Below are positions 1 to 7,564 of a DNA stretch of 10,610 nucleotides, piece by piece. A program made the position numbers and the translations under genes. The notes below the pieces were generated by a model. The model made no database searches. It worked only from the letters and a program-made list of their open reading frames with translations, and was not told where the DNA came from. Position 1 is the first letter of the stretch. Each line of letters begins with the position of its first letter. The stretch comes from an uncultured Deinococcales bacterium (GTDB lineage Bacteria; Deinococcota; Deinococci; Deinococcales; JAAFIG01), in assembly GCA_964247135.1 (NCBI GenBank), contig CAXTTL010000169.1, forward strand, positions 1-10,610, written 5' to 3'.

Positions 1-7
1 TCTTCAT
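1..7 (-). CDS. First codons of a downstream gene (partial; possibly a PtuB-like HNH endonuclease)
   Basis: Minus strand reads ...GAA TCT GAA TGA AGA. The ATPase stop TGA (6-4) overlaps an ATG (7-5) in an ATGA coupling, giving M-K-. The product is inferred only from context. Confidence 0.45.
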
Positions 8-1410
8 TCAGATTCCTCGAGAAATGATATCAGTGCTTCCGCTCGAGTAATTTCAGGGTCTTCAATACCAAGCGTTTTCTGAATTTTTGCAATCATCTCT
101 CGAGCCGCAACAAAATCCTCGGCATCCACTTTACGGAACAATTCTTGAAGTTCCGCATCAATGGCAGCATTTCTCGAGGGCGCACCCATGAGTTCTTCTA
201 GCACACGGTTAGAATCCAAACCCAAAGCTTGCGGCGGAATCCATTGAATGACCTTTCCGGTTTCGTCTCGGGTTAAAAATCGAATGCACTCGGCTGGAAC
301 TTCGCCAATGATTTGCGGCGAGTGCGTGGTGATAATAAATTGGCAGTTCTGAAAAGTTGCCGTTAAACGCCTTAGCGCGTCCCGTTGCCAACTTGGGTGC
401 AAGTGAAGCTCGAGTTCATCAATTAAGACAATCGCTTTACCCTCCGCAATTGGGTTGCTCGAGCTTGGGTTTGCCAGTGCCAGCCGCCGTGTTAAATCAA
501 ACACCAGCACCAGCAAACCGCGTTCACCGTCTGAGAGTTGCCCTAACTCGAGCGCCACACCGTTTTTGTCCACGATAAGGCGTGGTTTGGGTGTTTCTTC
601 GAGGCGCAAGTTAGAAAATTCTCGAATGAACGTTTCTACTGACTTACGCAATGCCGTCAACAAAAATTCGCGTTTTTCTTTTGTATCAGGGTTGTCCGAT
701 TGCTCGAGAAATTTAAACCAGTGCATGAAATGTCGGAGGTCAATTTCGGTTTCTTGAAGCGCATTTTCAAACGCTTGGTCTATGCCAAACGGAATACTCT
801 CGAGCGGTTTGGTAACTCTTTTAAAAATGTGCCGAAGAGGTGAATAGTAAACTGCGAACGGTAAGTCTGGTTTTGCTCGTAAGTCTGAGACTGAAACTTG
901 CAAAGGACGATTTAAAAGTCCAAGACCAAACTCAAATTCCATTATTTCCCATTGCAAAGCATATTGATCTTCACGGGATGTCAATAAGGCTTTATAACCT
1001 CGAATTTTACCGTTAGCATTGGATAACGCGGGTTTATCTTTGCGTTGCTTAAAAAGCAAAGCATCAGTAGTAACTTTTTCAAGCTCTTTCATCCAAATTT
1101 CACGCCATTTTTGACTGCTCGAGCTTCGCTGGATTGCCGCCCGAAACGTAATATTATCAATTTTAATTTCGCAGCCCACATTTAACGATGATTGGTCACT
1201 TTGCACGTCATCTTCTGTGAAACTGGCTTTAACCATTTTGTCAAAAGCAACATCTTTTAAAAGCCTCGAGAAAAGCACCCGCAGTGCATGAAGCACACTG
1301 CTTTTGCCCACACCGTTAATACCCGCAATGACATTCACTTTTTCGTGAAAGTCAATCTCGAGTTGTTCAAAGCCCCTGTAATTGGTCAGGCTGAGGTTTT
1401 TGAGGATCAC
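4..1410 (-). CDS. ABC/SMC-like AAA ATPase, PtuA-like (Septu / retron effector ATPase family)
   Basis: 468 aa, GTG start overlapping the hsdS stop (GTGA). N-terminal LKNLSLTNYRGF, Walker A GINGVGKS, signature LSDGERG, Walker B/D-loop IVLIDELELHLHP, H-loop TTHSP. C-terminal helical tail (GLDSNRVLEELMG...DPEITRAEALISFLE) of the kind seen in PtuA-type ATPases. No TM segments or TOPRIM domain evident. Confidence 0.88.
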   Translation of the reverse strand: MILKNLSLTNYRGFEQLEIDFHEKVNVIAGINGVGKSSVLHALRVLFSRLLKDVAFDKMVKASFTEDDVQSDQSSLNVGCEIKIDNITFRAAIQRSSSSQKWREIWMKELEKVTTDALLFKQRKDKPALSNANGKIRGYKALLTSREDQYALQWEIMEFEFGLGLLNRPLQVSVSDLRAKPDLPFAVYYSPLRHIFKRVTKPLESIPFGIDQAFENALQETEIDLRHFMHWFKFLEQSDNPDTKEKREFLLTALRKSVETFIREFSNLRLEETPKPRLIVDKNGVALELGQLSDGERGLLVLVFDLTRRLALANPSSSNPIAEGKAIVLIDELELHLHPSWQRDALRRLTATFQNCQFIITTHSPQIIGEVPAECIRFLTRDETGKVIQWIPPQALGLDSNRVLEELMGAPSRNAAIDAELQELFRKVDAEDFVAAREMIAKIQKTLGIEDPEITRAEALISFLEESE

Positions 1411-2702
1411 GAGCTTACTTTATCAAACTCGAGTTGTCCTGTGACGGCTGCGGTAATCAGTGCGCTGCGCCGTTCGCGTAGAAGCTCGAGGGAATAATCA
1501 AGCTCTTTTTTGAATTCCGCATTTTTTCGTGTTTCTACCGCAACAGTTGCAACAATTTTGCTTTGTTCTGCAAGTGTTGGAACTGGAATTTTCATGTCAA
1601 GAAATGATTCGGGGTAAAGCCGAAGCCGTGATGACCAAACGCCTTTCGAGAATCGAATGACTTCAGCAACAAATGGTTTAGACCGACAGAACAATTCTAC
1701 ATACTCCGTTTTAAGTTGTTCCCCAGGCGTATAAACATGATATGCAGGACTAACAATCCCTTCTTGCCAAGCAATTCCCATTGCTCCCATCCATGCCCAA
1801 AGCGTGTTAATGACAAAATCACCAGGTTGACAGCATTTATAACCGGTCATGTCTTCTGCTTTAAACATGTTCACGTCTTTTTCGGCTCTCGAGGTCACGC
1901 CCGTAATGTGCGAAACCGTGAGCAATTCCTCTTCTCCCGCTTCTGAAACTTCCTCGCGTAACGTAAAAAACTGTTTTGCTCGCTCGAGCTTCCAATGTTC
2001 TGGTATTTTCCCCAGCCACTCGAGACCAGATTCTTTCATTGGCGCACTTGGGTTTAACCCTTTGGTCACAGCCTGACTGATTAACGCAGCGCGTTTCTCC
2101 TCGAGCAAGTCCAGCATTCGTTCTTTCTCGAGAATCAAAGCATCAATTTGTGTGGTTTCGGAATCCAAGTAATCTGCAATGCGTTTTTGAACCTCGAGCG
2201 GGGGAATGGGCAATGGCAAATCCCCAATGGCATCTTTTGGCAATCCAAATCTCGTCACGCCAGTAGCTTCAAGCTCGAGAGACAGACGAATGGCTTTCGC
2301 TTGCAAGCACCGCAAGAGAAAACGCCCATCCAATTTTTCACTGTCGGGACGTAGCAAAGCGAGGTGATACCCGCATACAAGATCATCGGCTGTTTCTTTA
2401 ACCAGCGCAGGAATTGCAATGTCATCCCAAGATTCGGAATCCTTTGTGATGATGACATCGTTCTCGAGTAAACCGAATTTTTCGATTTCCTCAAATGTTG
2501 CAGTAGATTTCATGAACTCGAGATTCAGTGTGATGAAATCATTTTTGTAAACGTCAGTGTAATTGCAAAGCCTGACTGGTTCTTCGTCTGACGATGGGAT
2601 TTTATTAACGTTGCTGACGGTATGAAAAGCCACTCGTTTAAGCGGCTTTACTTCCCATCCTGATGGGATTTGTTGAATCCAATCAATGTGGGATACTTTC
2701 AT
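1407..2702 (-). CDS. hsdS: Type I restriction-modification specificity subunit
   Basis: 431 aa with two TRDs, each followed by a conserved helical region: LPIPPLEVQKRIADYLD...EKRAALISQAVTKGL...SGLEWLGKIPEHW and IPVPTLAEQSKIV...RERRSALITAAVTGQ. N-terminal WIQQIPSGWEV. SD-like AAGGTGAT just upstream of the ATG. Confidence 0.96.
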   Translation of the reverse strand: MKVSHIDWIQQIPSGWEVKPLKRVAFHTVSNVNKIPSSDEEPVRLCNYTDVYKNDFITLNLEFMKSTATFEEIEKFGLLENDVIITKDSESWDDIAIPALVKETADDLVCGYHLALLRPDSEKLDGRFLLRCLQAKAIRLSLELEATGVTRFGLPKDAIGDLPLPIPPLEVQKRIADYLDSETTQIDALILEKERMLDLLEEKRAALISQAVTKGLNPSAPMKESGLEWLGKIPEHWKLERAKQFFTLREEVSEAGEEELLTVSHITGVTSRAEKDVNMFKAEDMTGYKCCQPGDFVINTLWAWMGAMGIAWQEGIVSPAYHVYTPGEQLKTEYVELFCRSKPFVAEVIRFSKGVWSSRLRLYPESFLDMKIPVPTLAEQSKIVATVAVETRKNAEFKKELDYSLELLRERRSALITAAVTGQLEFDKVSS

Positions 2703-2706
2703 TCGA

Positions 2707-2713
2707 TCACCTT
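2707..2713 (-). promoter_or_regulatory. Shine-Dalgarno site of hsdS
   Basis: Minus strand reads AAGGTGA-TCGA-ATG, complementary to the 16S rRNA 3' end. Confidence 0.65.
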
Positions 2714-2809
2714 GCTTAGAGCGAGTTGTTGTTTACAGCTTGTAGGTAAAAAACTTTAATCTACTACAGATTACAGGTTAACACACACGGCAAATCAACC
2801 GCAGCACGG

Positions 2810-2815
2810 TATAAT
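2810..2815 (+). promoter_or_regulatory. -10 box for a leaderless transcript of the 64-aa gene
   Basis: Perfect TATAAT followed by 6 nt (GACCGT) and the ATG at 2822, with no SD. Confidence 0.7.
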
Positions 2816-2821
2816 GACCGT

Positions 2822-3016
2822 ATGAGTCAACTCGAGGTTTTAGAAAAACAAATTCTGGAATTGCCAAAAGCAGACCGTGACACCCTGCGGGACTGGTTTT
2901 TAGAACTCGAGTCCGAAGCTTGGGATTTGCAAATCGAAGCGGATGCGGCTTCGGGTAAATTGAAGGCTGTAGAGGATGATGCTCGAGCACAGATTTTAAT
3001 GGGTGACTGCGCTTAA
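2822..3016 (+). CDS. Small acidic protein resembling addiction-module antitoxins (orphan)
   Basis: 64 aa with its own -10 box. The pattern LEKQILELP..DR..LRDWF.E....AWD.QIEADA.SGKL resembles small antitoxin-like proteins usually encoded just before RelE/ParE-like toxins (recognition from memory). Its 3' end overlaps the hsdM 3' end by 21 bp. Confidence 0.7.
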   Translation: MSQLEVLEKQILELPKADRDTLRDWFLELESEAWDLQIEADAASGKLKAVEDDARAQILMGDCA

Positions 3017-5176
3017 CAATTTTAAAATCCGTGCTTCCACCTCGCTCAATTCTTGGTCTATCACCTCGAGCGCCCGTGGTGGGTCGTACTTAAAAAACTC
3101 GCGGTTGAAGTTGATCTCGTAACCTTTCTTACCTGCGCCACCGTCTTTTTCGTCGGCTGCGTCTGGGTCTATCCAGGCATCTGGCACGAACGGGCGCACT
3201 TCGCGCAAGAAAAACGTGGCAATGTCTTCAGAAAGCGGTACGTTTTCAGAATCGCGGAGTTTCGGGTCGGGTTCGTACTTTGTGTCTTTCTTGGTTTTGG
3301 CGGCTCGAGTAATGCCAAAAATCTCGTCGAGTTCGGTTTGTGTTAAGTGCGCTGGAATGCTGTGGTCTGGGAAGTGAATCTGACCGATGCTGCCCGCAAA
3401 ATGACCCGTTTCTTTAATCACGGGTGCTGCCAACGGGTCGGTTTGGGTGAACACGTCTCTGAAGAATTTACGGATTTTGGCTGTCCATTTGATCTTTTGT
3501 TTTTTCACCAGCGTTTCAACACCGTCCCGAACAATATTCCAGTCGTGGTGTGCCGTATTACCAAATTGTGGCTCGAGTATCCGAATCAAATCCAAGTATT
3601 CGGGTGCGGCGTCCAAGAAGATTTCTTTGGCTTCTCGAGTGATCTGAAAACGCAGTCGTAACGGGCGTTCGACGGTAATGCGGCGGTAGCCAAAGTATTT
3701 GCTGTCAAAAATTTTGCAATGCTGGCTGGGAACAAACGCGCCGTGTTCGCGGGTGATGTCAACAATGGTTTGGTCGTTTAAATACCGTCGTTTGTCGCCC
3801 AAACTGCGCCGCATTGGTGTCCAGCGTTCTCGAGCGTCTATCAATTGAATTTTGTGTTTGCGTTCTTTGACTTTGCGGTTGGTGACAATCCAAACGAACG
3901 TGCCAATGCCGGTGTTGTAAAACATTTGTTCGGGCAGGGCAACAATGGCTTCGAGCCAATCGTTTTCGATCATCCAACGTCGTATTTCGCTTTCGCCACT
4001 GCCAGCGCCGCCTGTGAACAACGGGCTGCCGTTAAAAACCACGGCGGCTCGAGACCCACCATTGTCTTTTTGGTTGTTAAAAAGTGGGGCATTCTCGAGT
4101 TTGGTGTTGGGTTTGTTGATGGGTTCAAATTTGGCGACCATGTGCAGCAAGAACAGCAACGCGCCGTCGTTGACCCTGGGTAGTTTTGGTCCGAAACGTC
4201 CTGCGTAGCCACGGTTTTGGTGTTCGTTTTCTATAATTTGTTGTTGCCCTTTCCAATCCACGCCAAATGGCGGGTTGGCGAGCAGGTAATCGAATTTCGA
4301 GGGGAGTTTGGAATCTTCGGATTCCCTGAATTGATCGTTGGTTAAGGTGTTCCCAAGGGCAATGTGGCTGCGTTGGTTGCCTTTCATGAGCAAATCGGAT
4401 GCGGCAACGGCGTAAGAGCGTGGGTTGTAATCTTGTCCGTACACGAAAACTTCGGCTTTGGGGTTATGCTCGAGAATCCAATTTTGCCCTTCGGAAAGCA
4501 TTCCGCCCGTGCCACACGTTGGGTCGTAAATGGTTATGATTTTGTTGTCTTTGGTTAAAATTTCTGTGTCAGGCTCGAGCAGCAGGTTGACCATCAGTCG
4601 AATCACTTCGCGGGGGGTGAAGTGATCGCCTGCGGTTTCGTTGGCATCTTCGTTAAAGCGTCTTATCAGGTCTTCAAACAGCAAACCCATGTCAATGTTT
4701 TTGATTCGGCTGGGGTGCAAGTCCATTTTTGCGAATTCACGCACGATCATAAAAAGTCGGTCTGCTTCGAGCAGGCGTTCGATTTCTTTTTCAAAATCAA
4801 AATGCCTGAAAATCTCGCGGACTTCAAAAGAAAACCCGTTCAGGTAATCCATGAAGTGTTCTTTGATGTTGTTCGGGTCGCCAAGTAAAATCTTGAAGTC
4901 TTGTTTGCTGCGGTTATGAAAACCAATATTACCTGCGACAAGGTTTAGGTCTTTGTCGATACGGTCGCCCAGACGCTCAAATTTCCCAATTCGTTTTAAT
5001 TCTTCAAATCGTTCCAACACGGCTGGTTTGGTGTCCTCGAGCACGTAATCGAAGCGACGTAAGACGGTCATGGGCAGCATGACCCGTTCGTACTGGGGTC
5101 GGCGGTAAGGTCCTCGCAGGAGGTCTGCGACGTTCCAGATGTAGTTGGAGAGTTCTTGAACGATTTGATTTGACAT
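2996..5176 (-). CDS. hsdM: Type I restriction-modification methyltransferase subunit (N6-adenine)
   Basis: 726 aa from MSNQIVQELSNYIWNVADLLRG (HsdM N-terminal domain). GDHFTPREVI, motif I YDPTCGTGGML, motif IV LANPPFG, LPEQMFYNTGIGT, and a C-terminal PDPKLRDSENVPL...GYEINFNREFFKY. The ORF-track start at 5392 overlaps the divergent gene and is too long; an alternative ATG at 5236 cannot be excluded. Confidence 0.96.
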   Translation of the reverse strand: MSNQIVQELSNYIWNVADLLRGPYRRPQYERVMLPMTVLRRFDYVLEDTKPAVLERFEELKRIGKFERLGDRIDKDLNLVAGNIGFHNRSKQDFKILLGDPNNIKEHFMDYLNGFSFEVREIFRHFDFEKEIERLLEADRLFMIVREFAKMDLHPSRIKNIDMGLLFEDLIRRFNEDANETAGDHFTPREVIRLMVNLLLEPDTEILTKDNKIITIYDPTCGTGGMLSEGQNWILEHNPKAEVFVYGQDYNPRSYAVAASDLLMKGNQRSHIALGNTLTNDQFRESEDSKLPSKFDYLLANPPFGVDWKGQQQIIENEHQNRGYAGRFGPKLPRVNDGALLFLLHMVAKFEPINKPNTKLENAPLFNNQKDNGGSRAAVVFNGSPLFTGGAGSGESEIRRWMIENDWLEAIVALPEQMFYNTGIGTFVWIVTNRKVKERKHKIQLIDARERWTPMRRSLGDKRRYLNDQTIVDITREHGAFVPSQHCKIFDSKYFGYRRITVERPLRLRFQITREAKEIFLDAAPEYLDLIRILEPQFGNTAHHDWNIVRDGVETLVKKQKIKWTAKIRKFFRDVFTQTDPLAAPVIKETGHFAGSIGQIHFPDHSIPAHLTQTELDEIFGITRAAKTKKDTKYEPDPKLRDSENVPLSEDIATFFLREVRPFVPDAWIDPDAADEKDGGAGKKGYEINFNREFFKYDPPRALEVIDQELSEVEARILKLLSAVTH

Positions 5177-5310
5177 AAGTTTAAGGGAGCACCGTTTCAG
5201 TGATTCTGGTCTAGCATAACGGTTTTTGGGTGTCATGAGGTTATAAACCTCGAGCGTTACGCCATAACGCCCATAGACAAAACCATTCATCACAAGCCAG
5301 ACTGAAACCC

Positions 5311-6192
5311 ATGACCTTGGCTCGAGTTGCCCCAATCGTTTTCGTTTTCTTGTGGAGCACAGGTTACATCGGCGCAAAGTATGGTTTGCCATTCGCGCCG
5401 CCGTTCACGTTTTTGTTGGTGCGGATGGTGCTGGCATCGCTTGCGTTGCTGCTAATCGCTCGAGTTCTGAAAACACCTTTCCCAAAATCCTGGCTCGAGT
5501 TTTCCCATGCGGCGGTTGCTGGTTTGTTGTTGCACGCTGGTTATTTGGGTGGTGTGTTCATGGCGATCAAACTTGGGATTTCGGCGGGCATCAGTTCGAT
5601 CATCGTGAATTTGCAACCTGTGCTGGTCTCGAGCCTTGCCGCGAAAGTCTTGGGCGAAACGGTCACGGCACGTCAATGGTTGGGTTTGACCCTGGGTTTT
5701 GTGGGTGTGCTGCTGGCGGTTTCCGAAAAGTTTTTGGTTGCCTCGAGCAACCCCGTCAAACCTTGGGGCATCGTGGCTTGCGTGGTGGCGCTCGTCTCGA
5801 GTACGGTTGGAACGATTTACCAGAAACGCAACGCCACCCAGATTCCACTCGTGACTGGAACAATTGTCCAGTATTTCGCGGCGGGTTTGGTGTTCGCGGT
5901 TTTGGCGTTCACGTTCGAGCCAGTGCATATCGATTGGACCTTGCAGTTTGTGTTTGCACTGTCCTGGTTTGTGCTGGTGATTAGCTTGGGCGCGATTTTG
6001 CTTTTAATGTGGCTGATCCGCCAGACTTCTGCCAGCAGCGTCTCGAGTTTGTTTTACCTCGTGCCGCCGTTGACCGCACTCGAGGCTTATGTTTTGTTTG
6101 GCGAACGCCTGGGGGTTGCGGCGTTGCTGGGTTTGGTCTTGTGCGCGGCGGCGGTGGCGCTTGTGGTCAGCGCTCCAAAAACGAAGAGCTAA
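5311..6192 (+). CDS. DMT/EamA family transporter
   Basis: 293 aa, about 10 hydrophobic segments. FVFLWSTGYIGAKYGLPFAPPFTFL..R, LQPVL, LGETV...QWLGL.LGFVGV, and a second repeat SSLFYLVPPLTALEAYVLFGERL. Confidence 0.93.
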   Translation: MTLARVAPIVFVFLWSTGYIGAKYGLPFAPPFTFLLVRMVLASLALLLIARVLKTPFPKSWLEFSHAAVAGLLLHAGYLGGVFMAIKLGISAGISSIIVNLQPVLVSSLAAKVLGETVTARQWLGLTLGFVGVLLAVSEKFLVASSNPVKPWGIVACVVALVSSTVGTIYQKRNATQIPLVTGTIVQYFAAGLVFAVLAFTFEPVHIDWTLQFVFALSWFVLVISLGAILLLMWLIRQTSASSVSSLFYLVPPLTALEAYVLFGERLGVAALLGLVLCAAAVALVVSAPKTKS

Positions 6193-6668
6193 TCTTCTCG
6201 GACGTTTGCCACCGTCCCGCCCGTCATGCGCTCGAGGTGCGCGGGATTCAGTTCAAACAAGCTGTTTGGATGTCCCGCCGCCGCCCAAATGCTGGGGTGC
6301 TCGAGCAAGTCTTGGTCAATGACCACCACGGGTTGCACGGCATGACCGACCGGTGGAATGCCGCCTATCGCAAATCCGGTGCTCGAGCGGACAAAATCGG
6401 GGCTGGCTCGAGAAATACTTTCACCAATGATTTCAGCAACCCGAGATTCATTGACGCGGTTTGAACCCGAGGCGATCACCAGCACAGGTTTGCCCGTTTC
6501 GGAGATAAAAATCAAACTCTTGGCAATTTGCGCGACACTGCAATTCACGGCATCGGCGGCTTGTTGCGCGGTTTTGACGGGAATCTCGAGTTCAATGACT
6601 TTATGCTCGAGGTTGAAGGTATCGAGCACGTCTTGAACTTTTTGGGCGCTGGAGCGAAGGGATTTCAT
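6189..6668 (-). CDS. YbaK/EbsC family protein (aminoacyl-tRNA editing / deacylase domain)
   Basis: 159 aa. TAQQAADAV.CSVAQIAKSLIF (conserved Lys), PVLVIASGSNRV, TGFAIGGIPPVGH (GGxxP loop), IWAAAGHP. Convergent 4-bp overlap with the EamA gene stop. Confidence 0.93.
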   Translation of the reverse strand: MKSLRSSAQKVQDVLDTFNLEHKVIELEIPVKTAQQAADAVNCSVAQIAKSLIFISETGKPVLVIASGSNRVNESRVAEIIGESISRASPDFVRSSTGFAIGGIPPVGHAVQPVVVIDQDLLEHPSIWAAAGHPNSLFELNPAHLERMTGGTVANVRED

Positions 6669-6674
6669 GGCTCG

Positions 6675-6683
6675 AGAATATCA
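6675..6683 (-). promoter_or_regulatory. Extended -10 promoter, leaderless start of the YbaK gene
   Basis: Minus strand TGA-TATTCT-CGAGCC-ATG (TGn + TANNNT + 6 nt + start), no SD. Confidence 0.65.
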
Positions 6684-6720
6684 AATGCTCAACTCGAGAA
6701 TGACTTTCGAGCGTCAAGAT

Positions 6721-6750
6721 ATTTTTGTGATACCTTCAATGCACAAAAAT
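6721..6750. repeat. 9-bp inverted repeat (possible operator or hairpin)
   Basis: ATTTTTGTG (6721-6729), 12-nt spacer, CACAAAAAT (6742-6750), between the divergent YbaK gene and the ybjQ-like remnant. Confidence 0.45.
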
Positions 6751-6770
6751 CTTCAAACCCGAGGTAAACC

Positions 6771-6924
6771 ATGAGTGTCAAATCGCTATCACGTTGTTTA
6801 CTTCGTTTGCCGAGAAAGCCAGGGAAGAGGCGTATGAATTGACGGTTGACCATGCCAAGGTCCGCGGCGTAAACGCGATCATTGCCATGAGCTACGACGC
6901 CACGAGATCATGGTAGGCATTGCC
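6771..6924 (+). pseudogene. Degraded YbjQ/UPF0145 family gene
   Basis: GAGG SD and ATG at 6771 open only a 23-codon frame. Another frame from 6788 reads ITLFTSFAEKAREEAYELTVDHAKVRGVNAIIAMSYDAT, then after a 1-nt frameshift EIMVGIA. This matches the C-terminal half of YbjQ proteins (AREEA...A...GANAII.MRYD..EI). The N-terminal half and the final YGTAV strand are missing. Confidence 0.78.
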
Positions 6925-6937
6925 AAATCTTGTATCT

Positions 6938-7549
6938 TCAGTTGGATTTGGGTTTACCACGTTGATAGTAGCGTTTCATTTTATCTCTCGAGCCACAAGT
7001 GTTCATGCTGCACCAGCGTCGCAAACCATTTTTACTGGTGTCCAGAAACATCCAACCACAACCTGGGCAGGCTTTGAGTTTGCAGCTACCGCTCGAGATT
7101 AAAAGCTCGAACATCGAGTTCACCAATTTGTGCAATGGTGTGTTGAGATCGGTTGTGTCCTGCCATTGCACTGACAAACCATCGTCTTTTTGCTTAAGTT
7201 TGGCGGCTTTTACGGCTTGTGCAAAAAGCATTTTGATCTTCTCAAGATCATCGTCATTTGGTTTTTGTTGTGTTGTAAAACTTGACAATACCCGTTTGAC
7301 AAGGGCACGAAACTCAAGTATCTGATTGAATGCGCGGTTCGCAAGGCGGGTTTGACTTAATGTACGCTCTCTCAGTATTTTGACCTGATCTTTTGACAAC
7401 ACATTGGCGTACAGGCACCACTCGAGAAAGGTTTCGTAACTCTCGAGGTAGTCGTGCTGTTGATCGTCGTAATCAATCAATGAATTGACAAAATCAAGGC
7501 AAATGGCATTGCCGACAAATTCGAGTGTTTCAAGCGTTCGATACGACAT
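6938..7549 (-). CDS. ABATE / CGNR zinc-finger protein (putative transcription regulator)
   Basis: 203 aa. N-terminal FVGNAICLDFVNS...DYL..Y..FLEW (ABATE-like) and C-terminal LKACPGCGWMFLDTSKNGLRRWCSMNTCGSRDKMKRYYQR (zf-CGNR, four Cys). Confidence 0.93.
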   Translation of the reverse strand: MSYRTLETLEFVGNAICLDFVNSLIDYDDQQHDYLESYETFLEWCLYANVLSKDQVKILRERTLSQTRLANRAFNQILEFRALVKRVLSSFTTQQKPNDDDLEKIKMLFAQAVKAAKLKQKDDGLSVQWQDTTDLNTPLHKLVNSMFELLISSGSCKLKACPGCGWMFLDTSKNGLRRWCSMNTCGSRDKMKRYYQRGKPKSN

Positions 7550-7555
7550 CGTTTT

Positions 7556-7564
7556 ATCTTACCA
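7556..7564 (-). promoter_or_regulatory. Extended -10 promoter, leaderless start of the CGNR gene
   Basis: Minus strand TGG-TAAGAT-AAAACG-ATG; overlaps the left arm of palindrome 1. Confidence 0.7.

Noticed and set aside
4-1410. Calling the ATPase PrrC/RloC, OLD/GajA or RecF/SMC
   Set aside because: No recognisable C-terminal HEPN RxxxxH or TOPRIM domain, and no long coiled coil. The short helical tail fits PtuA-like proteins better, pending an HMM search.
1407-2702. Phase-variable hsdS (shufflon or simple-sequence repeat)
   Set aside because: No second hsdS, recombinase, long inverted repeat or SSR tract seen in the window.
2703-2809. Possible retron msr/msd ncRNA upstream of the PtuA-like module
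   Set aside because: No reverse transcriptase in the window, and only short, weak AT-rich stems; no long msd hairpin or a1/a2 repeats seen.
1407-5176. Idea that this type I MTase recognises CTCGAG and explains its abundance
   Set aside because: Type I targets are bipartite with a non-specific spacer, and this HsdS has two different TRDs. A contiguous 6-bp palindrome would need another enzyme.
5177-5392. 72-aa N-terminal extension of HsdM in the ORF track (798 aa)
   Set aside because: It overlaps the divergent EamA gene and its promoter region, and HsdM-like sequence begins only at MSNQIVQELSNYIW (5176).
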